Positions 8,822-17,703 of a stretch of DNA of 64,000 nucleotides are shown in pieces. The notes under the pieces are model-generated. The model was not told the origin of the DNA. It was given only the letters and a program-made list of their open reading frames with translations, and made no database searches. The stretch's first letter is position 1. The number at the start of each line of letters is the position of its first letter. The position numbers were made by a program, and so were the translations under genes. Source of the stretch: Gemmatimonadales bacterium (GTDB lineage Bacteria; Gemmatimonadota; Gemmatimonadetes; Gemmatimonadales; GWC2-71-9); NCBI GenBank assembly GCA_038209515.1, contig JBBQXQ010000002.1, forward strand, positions 12,364-76,363, given 5' to 3'.

Positions 8822-9685
8822 TCATACCACGTCGAAATCAAGAAACTCGAAGCGCCGCGGAATGAGGTACCGGCAGACCGGCTCGACCAGGGCAGCATCG
8901 CCCAGCACGCGCACGATGTACTCGAGGGGGCTCGGCCGCAGCCTGCGGGGTACCGCGACACCACCCCCGACCCTCGAACCAAAGGAGGCGTACAGCCGCG
9001 GGGCCCAAACGGCGGGCCGGGGCAGTCCCAACCCCGCCACCACTTGTCCAGGTAGCCCGGTCGAAAGCACGGCGTCCAGCGGGACCCCGTGATGGCGCAA
9101 TCGAACCGTGAGCGCCCCTCCGGCAGGATCGCCGTAAGTGGCCACCCCCGGGCGGGCGGTGCGCCAGGCGAGGTAAGCCGGATCCTGCGCCAGCGCTCTC
9201 CGTGTGCTGACGGCCGGCATCGTCCCCGGAGCATGGATCGTGAGTGTGAGCCGGCCCAGCTGCCGGAACCCAAGCATCCGCGTGAAGCCCTGGAACGAGT
9301 TCTCGTTGGCGACTCCCAGGACCACGGCCGGTCCATCTTGCTGCAGCTCCCGGAACAGCGCCCGCGCGGTCGCCACCATCAATCCCGGCACCGGGGCGGC
9401 CGGGTCCACGGCCGTGTTGGCCGAGAAATAGGTGCCGGCGAACGCGACCGGCGGCTCGGCCAGCGGCGGTATGGGCAGGACGGCATAATGCGCGACAAGC
9501 TCACCGGATTCGGTGTACGCGTTTACGTAGCGCGCGGGACCGGCCGGATTCCTGAGGTACTGCCACTCGAGATCCGGCGCCCGGGGTCGAGCGGTCGGGA
9601 ACACGCGATCGAGTAGCGCGACGATCTCGGGTAGTGCCCCCGCGGTGGCCGCCGCCGGCGGGGAGAGCCGAACCCTCACGAGCAA
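8822..9685 (-). CDS. GNAT-fold acyltransferase-like protein; assignment tentative
   Basis: 287 aa. DLEWQYLRNPAGP...NAYTESGELVAHYAVLP...VVLGVANENSFQGFTRMLGF resembles GNAT/FemAB-like proteins of polysaccharide loci. There is no unambiguous motif, so the call rests on fold-level resemblance and context. Confidence 0.5.
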   Translation of the reverse strand: MLVRVRLSPPAAATAGALPEIVALLDRVFPTARPRAPDLEWQYLRNPAGPARYVNAYTESGELVAHYAVLPIPPLAEPPVAFAGTYFSANTAVDPAAPVPGLMVATARALFRELQQDGPAVVLGVANENSFQGFTRMLGFRQLGRLTLTIHAPGTMPAVSTRRALAQDPAYLAWRTARPGVATYGDPAGGALTVRLRHHGVPLDAVLSTGLPGQVVAGLGLPRPAVWAPRLYASFGSRVGGGVAVPRRLRPSPLEYIVRVLGDAALVEPVCRYLIPRRFEFLDFDVV

Positions 9686-9704
9686 CCGGCGTGAGGCCCA
9701 GTGA

Positions 9705-10988
9705 TCACGCGCCCCGTACCCGCACCCGCCGCAGCATGTCGTCGATCAGATGGAAACCGTCCCAGACCACGTCGAATGCCAGCGCCTCGCCGATCGGTAC
9801 CAGCCGGTCCAGGCCGCGAGCCCCGGCATGGGCGGCGAAGTCACGTAGGGCGGTCCCATCGACGCCCCAATGCGTGAGCGTCTGGTCGCCTTCATCGACG
9901 AACGAGAGCACGTCGGACAGCCGCGCGACCGGAACGTGGCGGAGCAACCCTCCCCCGCATACGTCCTTGTCGAGCGCGGCCCGGTCGCGCAGGTGTACGC
10001 CTACGAAACCGGGATGCTCGAGCACCACGCGCACGTCGGCAGAGGCGGCCAGGCCGAAGGCATAGGTCCGCCGGTGCACCGCGCTCGACACTGTGGGTTT
10101 GAAGTGCCGACGTTCGACCTCCGCCTGAAGCGCGCGCTCGAGGTCGGCGGCGGCGAGCTCGACGACATCGGGCGAACCGATCCAGAACACCACGTGAGGC
10201 GACGAGCAGGCCATCTGGTCGAACCAGAACAGATCGTTGAAGAAGCCGGACGCTACCCGTGCCCGCTCGTGCTCCGGTGCCTGCCGGAAGCGCGTACCAT
10301 CGATCACGGCAAAGGAGTACTTGCTGCCGAATACCCGCTCGCTGGCGTGGGGCGGCAGTGGCAACGGCCGGATTGCGGCGACCGCCTCATCTCCACCCCA
10401 GATGATCCGGTGGGCACACCACTCCGAGAGCGCTGTGGTGATCGCGTCGTCGTGCCCGTACGTGACGAATCGGTTGGACGCCCGAAGGTCGCCATCTTCC
10501 GCCGCAACCGAGTCGATCACCCGCAGCAGCGCCGTCACGATGACGCCCTGTTCCTGAGACAGGCGCACAACGCTCGCGTTGCCGCACAGGTATGCCAGAG
10601 CCCACGAGTAGAGAAACAACGTGTCGACGTTGGATGGGGCCATATGCAGAACGCGCCCGACGGGGACCCGCAGCACGTCGGGCTCCATTGCAGCGTGGCG
10701 AGCGTGCTCCTCGGCCAGGCGGGCGAGCTGCGCACGCCGCAGCCAGTAGGCCACCGACACGCTGGCGGGATCCTGACGGAGGACGGGGTCGGCGAGCAGT
10801 CCCGCGGACAGCCGCGCCAGAGTATCCATCCTGGTCGGGGCGAACGGCTCAGCCCGAGTGTCGCGCGTGGCGTCGAGAAATACCACGAAGCCGTCGGGGT
10901 CGTCTGCAGGAGCCAGCACCCGGACCCGACCGGCGGCGGCCTGCCAGGATCGAGCTTCGTTCAATAAAACCGGCATCTCGTCGCTCAC
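9705..10988 (-). CDS. LuxC-like acyl-CoA/acyl-ACP reductase (aldehyde-forming)
   Basis: 427 aa. LHMAPSNVDTLFLYSWALAYLCGNASVVRLS and FDQMACSSPHVVFW (catalytic Cys motif) match the LuxC family pattern. Confidence 0.85.
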   Translation of the reverse strand: MSDEMPVLLNEARSWQAAAGRVRVLAPADDPDGFVVFLDATRDTRAEPFAPTRMDTLARLSAGLLADPVLRQDPASVSVAYWLRRAQLARLAEEHARHAAMEPDVLRVPVGRVLHMAPSNVDTLFLYSWALAYLCGNASVVRLSQEQGVIVTALLRVIDSVAAEDGDLRASNRFVTYGHDDAITTALSEWCAHRIIWGGDEAVAAIRPLPLPPHASERVFGSKYSFAVIDGTRFRQAPEHERARVASGFFNDLFWFDQMACSSPHVVFWIGSPDVVELAAADLERALQAEVERRHFKPTVSSAVHRRTYAFGLAASADVRVVLEHPGFVGVHLRDRAALDKDVCGGGLLRHVPVARLSDVLSFVDEGDQTLTHWGVDGTALRDFAAHAGARGLDRLVPIGEALAFDVVWDGFHLIDDMLRRVRVRGA

Positions 10989-12079
10989 GCCGCCGCAGCG
11001 GTGAACGTGTCACTGCATCCGCGCAGCTCAGCCCTCGGCACGCGGCCTAGAATCTCGAAACACCGGCCGCCCATATCGGTCCCGTCGGGGTCGACGCCGC
11101 GGATCACGCCCAGGTCCTCGGTCAACAGTGAGTGGCCTGGATAACTCGTCGGCACGCAGCTCAGTACCTGGACCAGGCCCGGCTTTCCATCGGGTAGCGG
11201 TTCCAGCGTGACCGGGTCACGTATGATCACTTCCGAGTAGATGGGCGCATGCAGGTAGTGTAGCGGGTTCTCGAAATACACCCCGCCGACCTGCTCGACC
11301 ATGCCATAGAAGTTGATCACCCGTTCGACTCCCGTCGCTGACTGGACCCCCTCCCGAAACGTTCGCGCGTCAACGGCGGCCTCCTGCAGCTTTTTCCAAC
11401 CGCCGGAGTGCACGAGGATGCCCCCGGGAAGGTTCAGCCGGCGCCCGGCGCGCTCCAAGGGCTGAATCAAGTATTGCCACACCATGAACGTGAACCCGAA
11501 CAGCAGCACGCGCCGACCGGCGGCCTGACTCAGATATCCGTGCAGGCCTTCCTCGTCCAAACTCATATCCTCGCGCAATGCGTAGAATGGCCGATGGCCG
11601 AATTGTGCCATTCCCAGGATGCCGGCCCCGCGGGCCGAGTGACTGTGGCGGTCCCTCACAACCCCCGGGTGGTCCACGATTACCATCGGGAGCCGGTCCT
11701 TGCCAAGGAAATGTTGGGCCACCTTCACTAGCACCGCCGACTGCACCGACGCGGTCTCGGCGTCGAGGAAGACCCGACTCGGTTCCTGGCCGGTAGTGCC
11801 GCTCGAGGTAAGCACCTTGACCACCTCGGACTCAGGCACGCTGGACAGCGTGTGTGTCTTGAACAGTGTCACCGGAAGGAAGGGAACGTCTTCGAGCCGA
11901 TCCAGTCGGTGTCGGTCGACCCCTCCAAACACCCGCTCCAGCACGTTACGGTAAGGCGCACAGCGCTCGGCGTGATGCTCAGTCAGCGCCCCCAGCATCG
12001 GCAGCAATTGCGCCCGTTTATCGGTCTGGCGCAGACCGAAGGGCGGCAGATCGAGGAACGCGCGAGCCGGGCTCCTCAC
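10985..12079 (-). CDS. LuxE-like acyl-protein synthetase
   Basis: 364 aa. LTSSGTTGQEPSRVFLD (adenylate-forming motif of LuxE-type enzymes). 4-nt overlaps with both neighbours. Confidence 0.85.
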   Translation of the reverse strand: MRSPARAFLDLPPFGLRQTDKRAQLLPMLGALTEHHAERCAPYRNVLERVFGGVDRHRLDRLEDVPFLPVTLFKTHTLSSVPESEVVKVLTSSGTTGQEPSRVFLDAETASVQSAVLVKVAQHFLGKDRLPMVIVDHPGVVRDRHSHSARGAGILGMAQFGHRPFYALREDMSLDEEGLHGYLSQAAGRRVLLFGFTFMVWQYLIQPLERAGRRLNLPGGILVHSGGWKKLQEAAVDARTFREGVQSATGVERVINFYGMVEQVGGVYFENPLHYLHAPIYSEVIIRDPVTLEPLPDGKPGLVQVLSCVPTSYPGHSLLTEDLGVIRGVDPDGTDMGGRCFEILGRVPRAELRGCSDTFTAAAA

Positions 12080-13485
12080 CGGACGGCCTCCGCCGCCTTG
12101 TAATCCTTCTTGCCGGTGGCGGTGAGTGGCAGTTCCGCCACGCGACGCATCATGATTGCCGACGGAGGTACCGCGAGGAAACGCGCGAGATGGGCCACCA
12201 AATCGGCGTCGCCTACCTGCCCATCCACGGCGACGTGTACCCCGAGCCGCTCGCCGGCGTCGGTGGCGATGGCGCGCACCGGGAACGTCGATTCCAGCTC
12301 GCGCTCGACGTCCTCCAGGCTCACCCGCCTGCCGAACAGCTTGGTAAACCGCTTGAGCCGCCCGACGATCGTGAAGTAGCCATCATCATCCACGGTGGCC
12401 AGGTCACCGGTCCGCAGTAGCCCGTGTTGCACGTCGCCAAGACCCAGGTCGGCCGGGGCTTCGGCGTAGCCCATCATCACGTTATCACCCTGGTAGACCA
12501 GCTGAGCGGCGGGGCCGTCGCCTTCGAGTGGCTCGAGCCGCAGGCAACCTCCCGGAATCGGCACGCCGATCGTCCCGACCTTCTCACCCAAGCGTTCCGG
12601 GGGTACGTAGCTGATGCGCGCCGTCGCTTCGGTCTGGCCGTACATGACGACGAGCCGCGCGCCGGCCTGCGTGGCGCGGGCATGATAGTGGGCGATCAAG
12701 TCTTGGCGCAGGCCCCCTCCGGCCTGCGTAAAGGTTCGCAGTGCGGGATGGCGCGCGGGCTCGAACCGCAGCCGGTGGAGCGTCTCATACATGTACGGCA
12801 CACCGGCGAAAGAGGTGGCGCTCTGCTCGTCGGCGTCGCGCCAGAACTCGGGCCGCATAAAGGAATGCGGTGTCAGCACCACGGTGCCGCCGGCGACCAG
12901 GTGAGAGTTCAGGACCGACAGCCCATAGCTGTAGTGCATGGGAAGGCTCTGCACGGCCCGCTCACCGGGCCCGAGACCCAGGTATTCGGCGATGGCGACG
13001 GCGTTCGATTCGACGTTTCGCGCGGTGAGCCGCACCAGCTTGGGACTTCCGGTTGAGCCTGAAGTGGTGAGTAGGAGCGCCAAATCAGGGTGAAGCGGGT
13101 ATTCGACCGAACTCTCGGCGAGCGCAGCGACGTAGCCCGGAACCGGCGACGCTGTCGGCGTCCAGCCTTCGGGTGTCGCCAGGGTATCCGGGGCGAGCAC
13201 GAGTGCGGGCCGGTAGGCGTTCGCCAAACGCTCCAACGGCAAGGATTGCGGCTCGGCCAGGCAGACGGGCAGCCCGGCGCGAAGGCAGCCCAGATAAAGC
13301 AGCACGCCCTGGACGTCCGGACCGGGCGCCAGGAATACGAGCCGCCGGCCCCCGACTGCTATCTGCAGCCGCTCGGCCACCTCATTCACGCGCGCACCCA
13401 GCTCCGCATAGGTGAGGTGCACGCCCTGCGCCGGCGCGATCAACGCCGGGCTCTCGTCGGGATGCCCCAGCACCGCGTCGATCAC
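12076..13485 (-). CDS. AMP-dependent synthetase/ligase (adenylating enzyme)
   Basis: LLTTSGSTGSPKLVRLT (AMP-binding core motif), YGQTEA, TGDLATVDDDGYFTIVGRLKRFTKLFGRRV. Confidence 0.9.
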   Translation of the reverse strand: MIDAVLGHPDESPALIAPAQGVHLTYAELGARVNEVAERLQIAVGGRRLVFLAPGPDVQGVLLYLGCLRAGLPVCLAEPQSLPLERLANAYRPALVLAPDTLATPEGWTPTASPVPGYVAALAESSVEYPLHPDLALLLTTSGSTGSPKLVRLTARNVESNAVAIAEYLGLGPGERAVQSLPMHYSYGLSVLNSHLVAGGTVVLTPHSFMRPEFWRDADEQSATSFAGVPYMYETLHRLRFEPARHPALRTFTQAGGGLRQDLIAHYHARATQAGARLVVMYGQTEATARISYVPPERLGEKVGTIGVPIPGGCLRLEPLEGDGPAAQLVYQGDNVMMGYAEAPADLGLGDVQHGLLRTGDLATVDDDGYFTIVGRLKRFTKLFGRRVSLEDVERELESTFPVRAIATDAGERLGVHVAVDGQVGDADLVAHLARFLAVPPSAIMMRRVAELPLTATGKKDYKAAEAVR

Positions 13486-14219
13486 GATGCCATGCCCCCG
13501 TCAACGCCTATGACCTGGCCGGTCACATATCGCGAGAGGTCGGACGCAAGGAAGACGGCCACGCCCGCGACGTCCTCGGGCGTTCCGATGCGGCCCATGC
13601 GGATGCTCTTCAGGCGCCGCTCGTACCAATCGGACGAGACCCCGCGCACCATGTCGGTGTCGATGAAGCCAGGCGCGATCGCGTTCACCCTAATGCCCTT
13701 CGGCGCCAGCTCCTTTGCCGTCGACAATGTGTAGCCGACGACCGCCGCCTTGGACGCCGAGTAGGCGGTCACACCTTCCATGCCCTGAGTGCCGGCAATG
13801 GACGCCACGTTCACGATGCTCGGAAGCCGCTTGGAATCCATCACGCGGGTCGCGTACTGGGTGAGCGTCATGACCGCAAGCACGTTCACGTCCAGCATCT
13901 CTCGGACGTGATCGGTGGAGGTCATGCCGATCAGCCCCTGGCGGAGGACACCGGCGTTGTTCACCAGCACGTCCAGCCTGCCGTGCTCCTTACGAACCGC
14001 AGCGACGAGCGAGCGGGTGAAGGCGGGATCACTGACATCCCCGCGCATCGCACGCGCCGGACACTGCGGCGTACTCAATTCCCGGGCCAGAGTATCCACC
14101 CCCTCACCGCGGGCGCACAGCAACAGGAGCGCGCCTTCGGCGGCGAAGGCGCGAGCGATCGCAGCGCCAATCCCACGACTCGCTCCTGTTACCAGTGCGA
14201 CACGGCCCTCAAGCAGCAT
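13482..14219 (-). CDS. Short-chain dehydrogenase/reductase, FabG-like
   Basis: VALVTGASRGIGAAIA (TGxxxGIG), NNAG, and the YSASKAAV catalytic Tyr/Lys motif. Confidence 0.95.
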   Translation of the reverse strand: MLLEGRVALVTGASRGIGAAIARAFAAEGALLLLCARGEGVDTLARELSTPQCPARAMRGDVSDPAFTRSLVAAVRKEHGRLDVLVNNAGVLRQGLIGMTSTDHVREMLDVNVLAVMTLTQYATRVMDSKRLPSIVNVASIAGTQGMEGVTAYSASKAAVVGYTLSTAKELAPKGIRVNAIAPGFIDTDMVRGVSSDWYERRLKSIRMGRIGTPEDVAGVAVFLASDLSRYVTGQVIGVDGGMAS

Positions 14220-14454
14220 CGAAACTCACACCGTACCGGCTGAGGATCTCTCGTGCCTTCGCCACGCTGCTCATTCCCAGGATGTCGTCGGTGTCGAACA
14301 TGACATCGAAGGCACCTTCAAGCTCCACCACCAGCGCCATGTGGCCGATCGAGTCCCACTCTTTGAGGGTGTTGTACCCGAGGTTGTCGGTGACGCGTTC
14401 CTGGGGAATCCCCAGGGAGCGGCTGAAGCACTCGCGGAGCTTGTCGGCATTCAT
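14209..14454 (-). CDS. Acyl carrier protein
   Basis: 81 aa. LKEWDSIGHMALVVELE contains the DS(I/L) phosphopantetheine attachment motif. The size and helical pattern are typical of an ACP. Confidence 0.85.
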   Translation of the reverse strand: MNADKLRECFSRSLGIPQERVTDNLGYNTLKEWDSIGHMALVVELEGAFDVMFDTDDILGMSSVAKAREILSRYGVSFDAA

Positions 14455-14481
14455 TACGGGGTCTCCAACAGGAAAGCTGCC

Positions 14482-15339
14482 TCAGGGTAGCGTGTCGTGT
14501 GATGGGATCATCCGTTCCGCCAACAGCTTTCGCGCCGACGTAAACGAGAAATCGTCCAGCAGTCGCTCTATGCGCTCTTGGGTTTTGGTCAAGTTGTTGT
14601 AGTGCCGGAACCGTTTGGACCATGACAGCCCTTCCACGCGAGGCTGCTCCGGATCTGTCTCCCACGGATGCAGGTAGAACATCACCGGCCGTCGCTGTTC
14701 ATTGCACCGACGCATCAGCCACCGTGTCACGGCATATGGATACAGCCGAAAGTATCCCCCGCCGCAGCACGGAACCCGCCGCCCGAGCACTTCGGCCACG
14801 CCCATGGGCAGCTCGGTCAAGCCTTCTGTCAGTTCATACGGCCCCAGCTCCGCGTCGGCTATGCCGTACTCGGGATGGAATCGAACCGGAAACACCGACG
14901 AGTCGTATCGAATCCCGCTTTCCTTTAGGATGTCCGCGGCCCACAAGGTCTTTCGCGTCACCGAGAACGATGGAGCTCTAAAGCCGCGCACTTCCTGGCT
15001 GGTCGCTTTTGCCAGCGCTTCGAGAGACCGTTGCAAATCGACCCGGAACTCCCCCGGCTGCATAAATGTCAGCAACCGATGCGAGTATCCATGGGTCGCG
15101 ACCTCGTGCCCCTGGCGTTCGACTTCCTTCACTAAGTCGGGGAACCGGTCCGCTACCCAGCCCAGCACAAAAAACGTCGCTTCCACCCGGCGCTGCCGGA
15201 ACAAGTCCAGTAACCGCAGAGTGTTCTGCTCCACCCGCGATTCGCATTTGTCCCAGTCAGCGTACGGAATGAACCGGCTCAGGTTGTAGACGCAGAACCA
15301 GTCCTCCAAGTCCACCGACATCACGTTCTTCACTGTCAC
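14482..15339 (-). CDS. Polysaccharide deacetylase (NodB fold with a DUF3473-like C-terminal part)
   Basis: MSVDLEDWF (metal/catalytic Asp motif), ATHGYSH (His-His motif), and FRAPSFS. As I recall, this subfamily is common in exosortase/PEP-CTERM-type EPS loci. The start is uncertain between the GTG at 15339 and the ATG at 15321. Confidence 0.9.
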   Translation of the reverse strand: MTVKNVMSVDLEDWFCVYNLSRFIPYADWDKCESRVEQNTLRLLDLFRQRRVEATFFVLGWVADRFPDLVKEVERQGHEVATHGYSHRLLTFMQPGEFRVDLQRSLEALAKATSQEVRGFRAPSFSVTRKTLWAADILKESGIRYDSSVFPVRFHPEYGIADAELGPYELTEGLTELPMGVAEVLGRRVPCCGGGYFRLYPYAVTRWLMRRCNEQRRPVMFYLHPWETDPEQPRVEGLSWSKRFRHYNNLTKTQERIERLLDDFSFTSARKLLAERMIPSHDTLP

Positions 15340-15461
15340 GGCCTCAAGTCCCTGCGGGACCGCGCCTCCCTTGTTCGCTTGGCTCCATGCCTGAGCCAGT
15401 CGGGGCGGGCGTACTGAGTGCTGGCCGCATCGACACCATAGAGGCCGACGCCGACAGGGGC

Positions 15462-16343
15462 CTACATGTATCCATCGCGCCGGAGGGTCTCCAGCCCGCC
15501 ACCACCTTCCTTGTCCTGTGCCCTCCCCGAGCGCTCGGCGATGTTCGCGAATTTACCCGATTGCAGCTCCACGATGATGTCGTCCACGTTGCGGGCGTCG
15601 GACTCGACCGCGTTGGTGCAGGGGTGGCAGCCGAGGGACCGGTAGCGTTTTCCGTTACCCTGATTGTAGTAGAGCGAGACGGTTGGAATCTCCTCGCGTC
15701 GGATGTACTCCCAGATGTTGAGCTCGGTCCAATCGAGAAGCGGGTGGATCCGAAGGTGGGTACCCGGCGCGAACTCGGTCTTGAACTGGTTCCAGAACTC
15801 CGGCGGCTGATCGCCGACATCCCATTGCGACTGCGTAGTGCGCGGCGAGAAGTACCGCTCCTTGGAACGGCTTCCCTCCTCGTCAGCGCGAACGCCCACA
15901 ATGACGCCGGTGAACGGCTCCGTATTCCGGTCCAGCTCATACACCTTCTTGGTGTGGTTGAGCCGGTACCGCGGCCACTCACCGCTCAGCGTGTGCTTGA
16001 GCGCATCTGTCTTGAGCGCCTTACAGCAGGCGATCCGGTCCACGGCGCCGTCGGGAAAGGTCCGCTTGTCCTCCAGCGCCTGGCGGTTCTGGCCGTAAAT
16101 CATGGTCAAATTCCACTCCAGCGCCAGCCGGTCCCGGTATTCGATCATCTCCGGGATCTTGTAGGAGGTGTCAATATGGATCAGCGGAATGGGCACGTGG
16201 CCGAGGAAGGCCTTTCGCGCCAGCCAGAGGAGTACCGTGCTGTCCTTTCCGATGGACCAGAGCATCCCCAGGTTCTTGAAGTTGGCGTACGCCTCCCTGA
16301 GGATATGCACGCTCCGATTTTCCAACTGGTCGAGATGATCCAT
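15462..16343 (-). CDS. cysD: Sulfate adenylyltransferase subunit 2
   Basis: Start re-picked at the ATG 16343..16341: [46 protein letters not shown] (PP-loop SxGKDS). The C-terminal ...[20 protein letters not shown] is typical of CysD. Confidence 0.95.
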   Translation of the reverse strand: MDHLDQLENRSVHILREAYANFKNLGMLWSIGKDSTVLLWLARKAFLGHVPIPLIHIDTSYKIPEMIEYRDRLALEWNLTMIYGQNRQALEDKRTFPDGAVDRIACCKALKTDALKHTLSGEWPRYRLNHTKKVYELDRNTEPFTGVIVGVRADEEGSRSKERYFSPRTTQSQWDVGDQPPEFWNQFKTEFAPGTHLRIHPLLDWTELNIWEYIRREEIPTVSLYYNQGNGKRYRSLGCHPCTNAVESDARNVDDIIVELQSGKFANIAERSGRAQDKEGGGGLETLRRDGYM

Positions 16344-16354
16344 GTTGCCTGCCC

Positions 16355-16945
16355 TCAGAGTTGGCCTTCGAACCGCGCGAGTACTTCCGCGACACACTGC
16401 TCGACACTCAGAGCGCGGGTGTCGAGCGTCAGCTCCGGGGTCTCCGGCGGCTCGTAAGGGTCATCGATGCCCGTGAAGTTTCGAAGCTCGCCGCGCCGGG
16501 CCCGGGCATACAATCCCTTGACGTCCCGACGCTCACACTCCTCCAGCGGCGTTGCCACGTAGATCTCGACGAACTCGCGGCAGAGCTTTCGGATGAAGTC
16601 GCGCGACTCGCGGTAGGGCGAGACGAGCGACGCCACCACCGTCACTCCGTGGGCCGCCAGCCGGCTTGCCATGTACCCGGTCCGGCGGAGATGCTCCTCC
16701 CGCTCGGCTCGGGTAAAGCCGGTGTTGGGAAAGACTTCCCGCAGGGCATCCCCATCGAGGTACTCCACTTCTACACCCCGGCTCTCCAGCTCGGCGCGCA
16801 CCCGCGTCGCTATGGTGCTCTTACCCGATCCGGAGAGCCCGGTAAACCATAACACCGGGGCGGCTGCTTTAGTTCGAGACTCGCGCGGCATAGCCTCGGG
16901 CGATGGCGGGGGGCAAGAGTCAGGCCGCGTCGAGGTCCGGCTCAC
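16355..16945 (-). CDS. cysC: Adenylylsulfate (APS) kinase
   Basis: [16 protein letters not shown] (P-loop), [33 protein letters not shown]. The start is uncertain: the GTG at 16945 overlaps the cysQ stop, and there is an ATG at 16891. Confidence 0.95.
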   Translation of the reverse strand: MSRTSTRPDSCPPPSPEAMPRESRTKAAAPVLWFTGLSGSGKSTIATRVRAELESRGVEVEYLDGDALREVFPNTGFTRAEREEHLRRTGYMASRLAAHGVTVVASLVSPYRESRDFIRKLCREFVEIYVATPLEECERRDVKGLYARARRGELRNFTGIDDPYEPPETPELTLDTRALSVEQCVAEVLARFEGQL

Positions 16946-17703
16946 AGACCGATGACGAAGCTGGTGTTGCGAAGGTCAGGCTTGTTGTAGGTGAGCGGCG
17001 AGGGCCGCTCGCCATCTCGACCGGACTGGCGGTAGATGCAATCCCCCGCAGCCACGTCCCACTCCATGGTGGGCCCCAGGCGGGGGTAAATGTCCGCGCG
17101 TCCCTCTGCCACCCAGCAGAACTTGAGCGAGCTGCCAGCCTTGACTCGGCGAGCGACCGGTATGGTGTGGAGGTACTCCTCCAACTCCGGCGAGGGATGG
17201 GAGAGACTCTCGACCACGGTGAGCGGTGTCCCTGGCGTGGGCGCGGTCGAATAAATCCGCTCGGGGGGTCTCGCCTTTTCCTCCCGCCAGGCTCCCTCGC
17301 CCTTCACCGCCCAGTAAAGCAGGTCCAGTGCCGGAGCGAGCACTACACCCAACACCGGCTCGCCATTCTCGATCAGTGCGACGTTGACGGTGAATTCCGC
17401 CCGATGCTTGATGAACTCCTTGGTGCCATCGAGGGGATCGACCAACCAGAACCGGGACCATCCGCGACGGGTCTCGAACGACGCGGCCTCGGCCTCCTCG
17501 GAGACCACCGGTGTGGCCGGGTCAAGCCGGCGGAGCCCGTCAACCAGGAGCCCATGGGCTACCTCGTCGGCGAGCGTGACGGGGCTGCGGTCGTCCTTCT
17601 CCCGCACTGCCACCGCCGCCGCGCCGTTGTAGTAGGTCATCGTCGCCCGGCCGGCCTCACGGGCGAGGCCGGTGACGGCCGACCGAAGCTCAGCCGCTAC
17701 CAT
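16942..17703 (-). CDS. cysQ: 3'(2'),5'-bisphosphate nucleotidase (PAP phosphatase)
   Basis: [20 protein letters not shown], and WDVAAGDCI, the inositol-monophosphatase/CysQ family motifs. Confidence 0.9.
   Translation of the reverse strand: MVAAELRSAVTGLAREAGRATMTYYNGAAAVAVREKDDRSPVTLADEVAHGLLVDGLRRLDPATPVVSEEAEAASFETRRGWSRFWLVDPLDGTKEFIKHRAEFTVNVALIENGEPVLGVVLAPALDLLYWAVKGEGAWREEKARPPERIYSTAPTPGTPLTVVESLSHPSPELEEYLHTIPVARRVKAGSSLKFCWVAEGRADIYPRLGPTMEWDVAAGDCIYRQSGRDGERPSPLTYNKPDLRNTSFVIGL

Noticed and set aside
15344-15982. A 212-aa minus-strand ORF bridging the cysD-deacetylase spacer.
   Set aside because: Most of it overlaps cysD out of frame, and its Ser/Arg/Thr/Pro-rich translation has no motifs. 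The 122-nt spacer itself shows only weak 5-bp stems.
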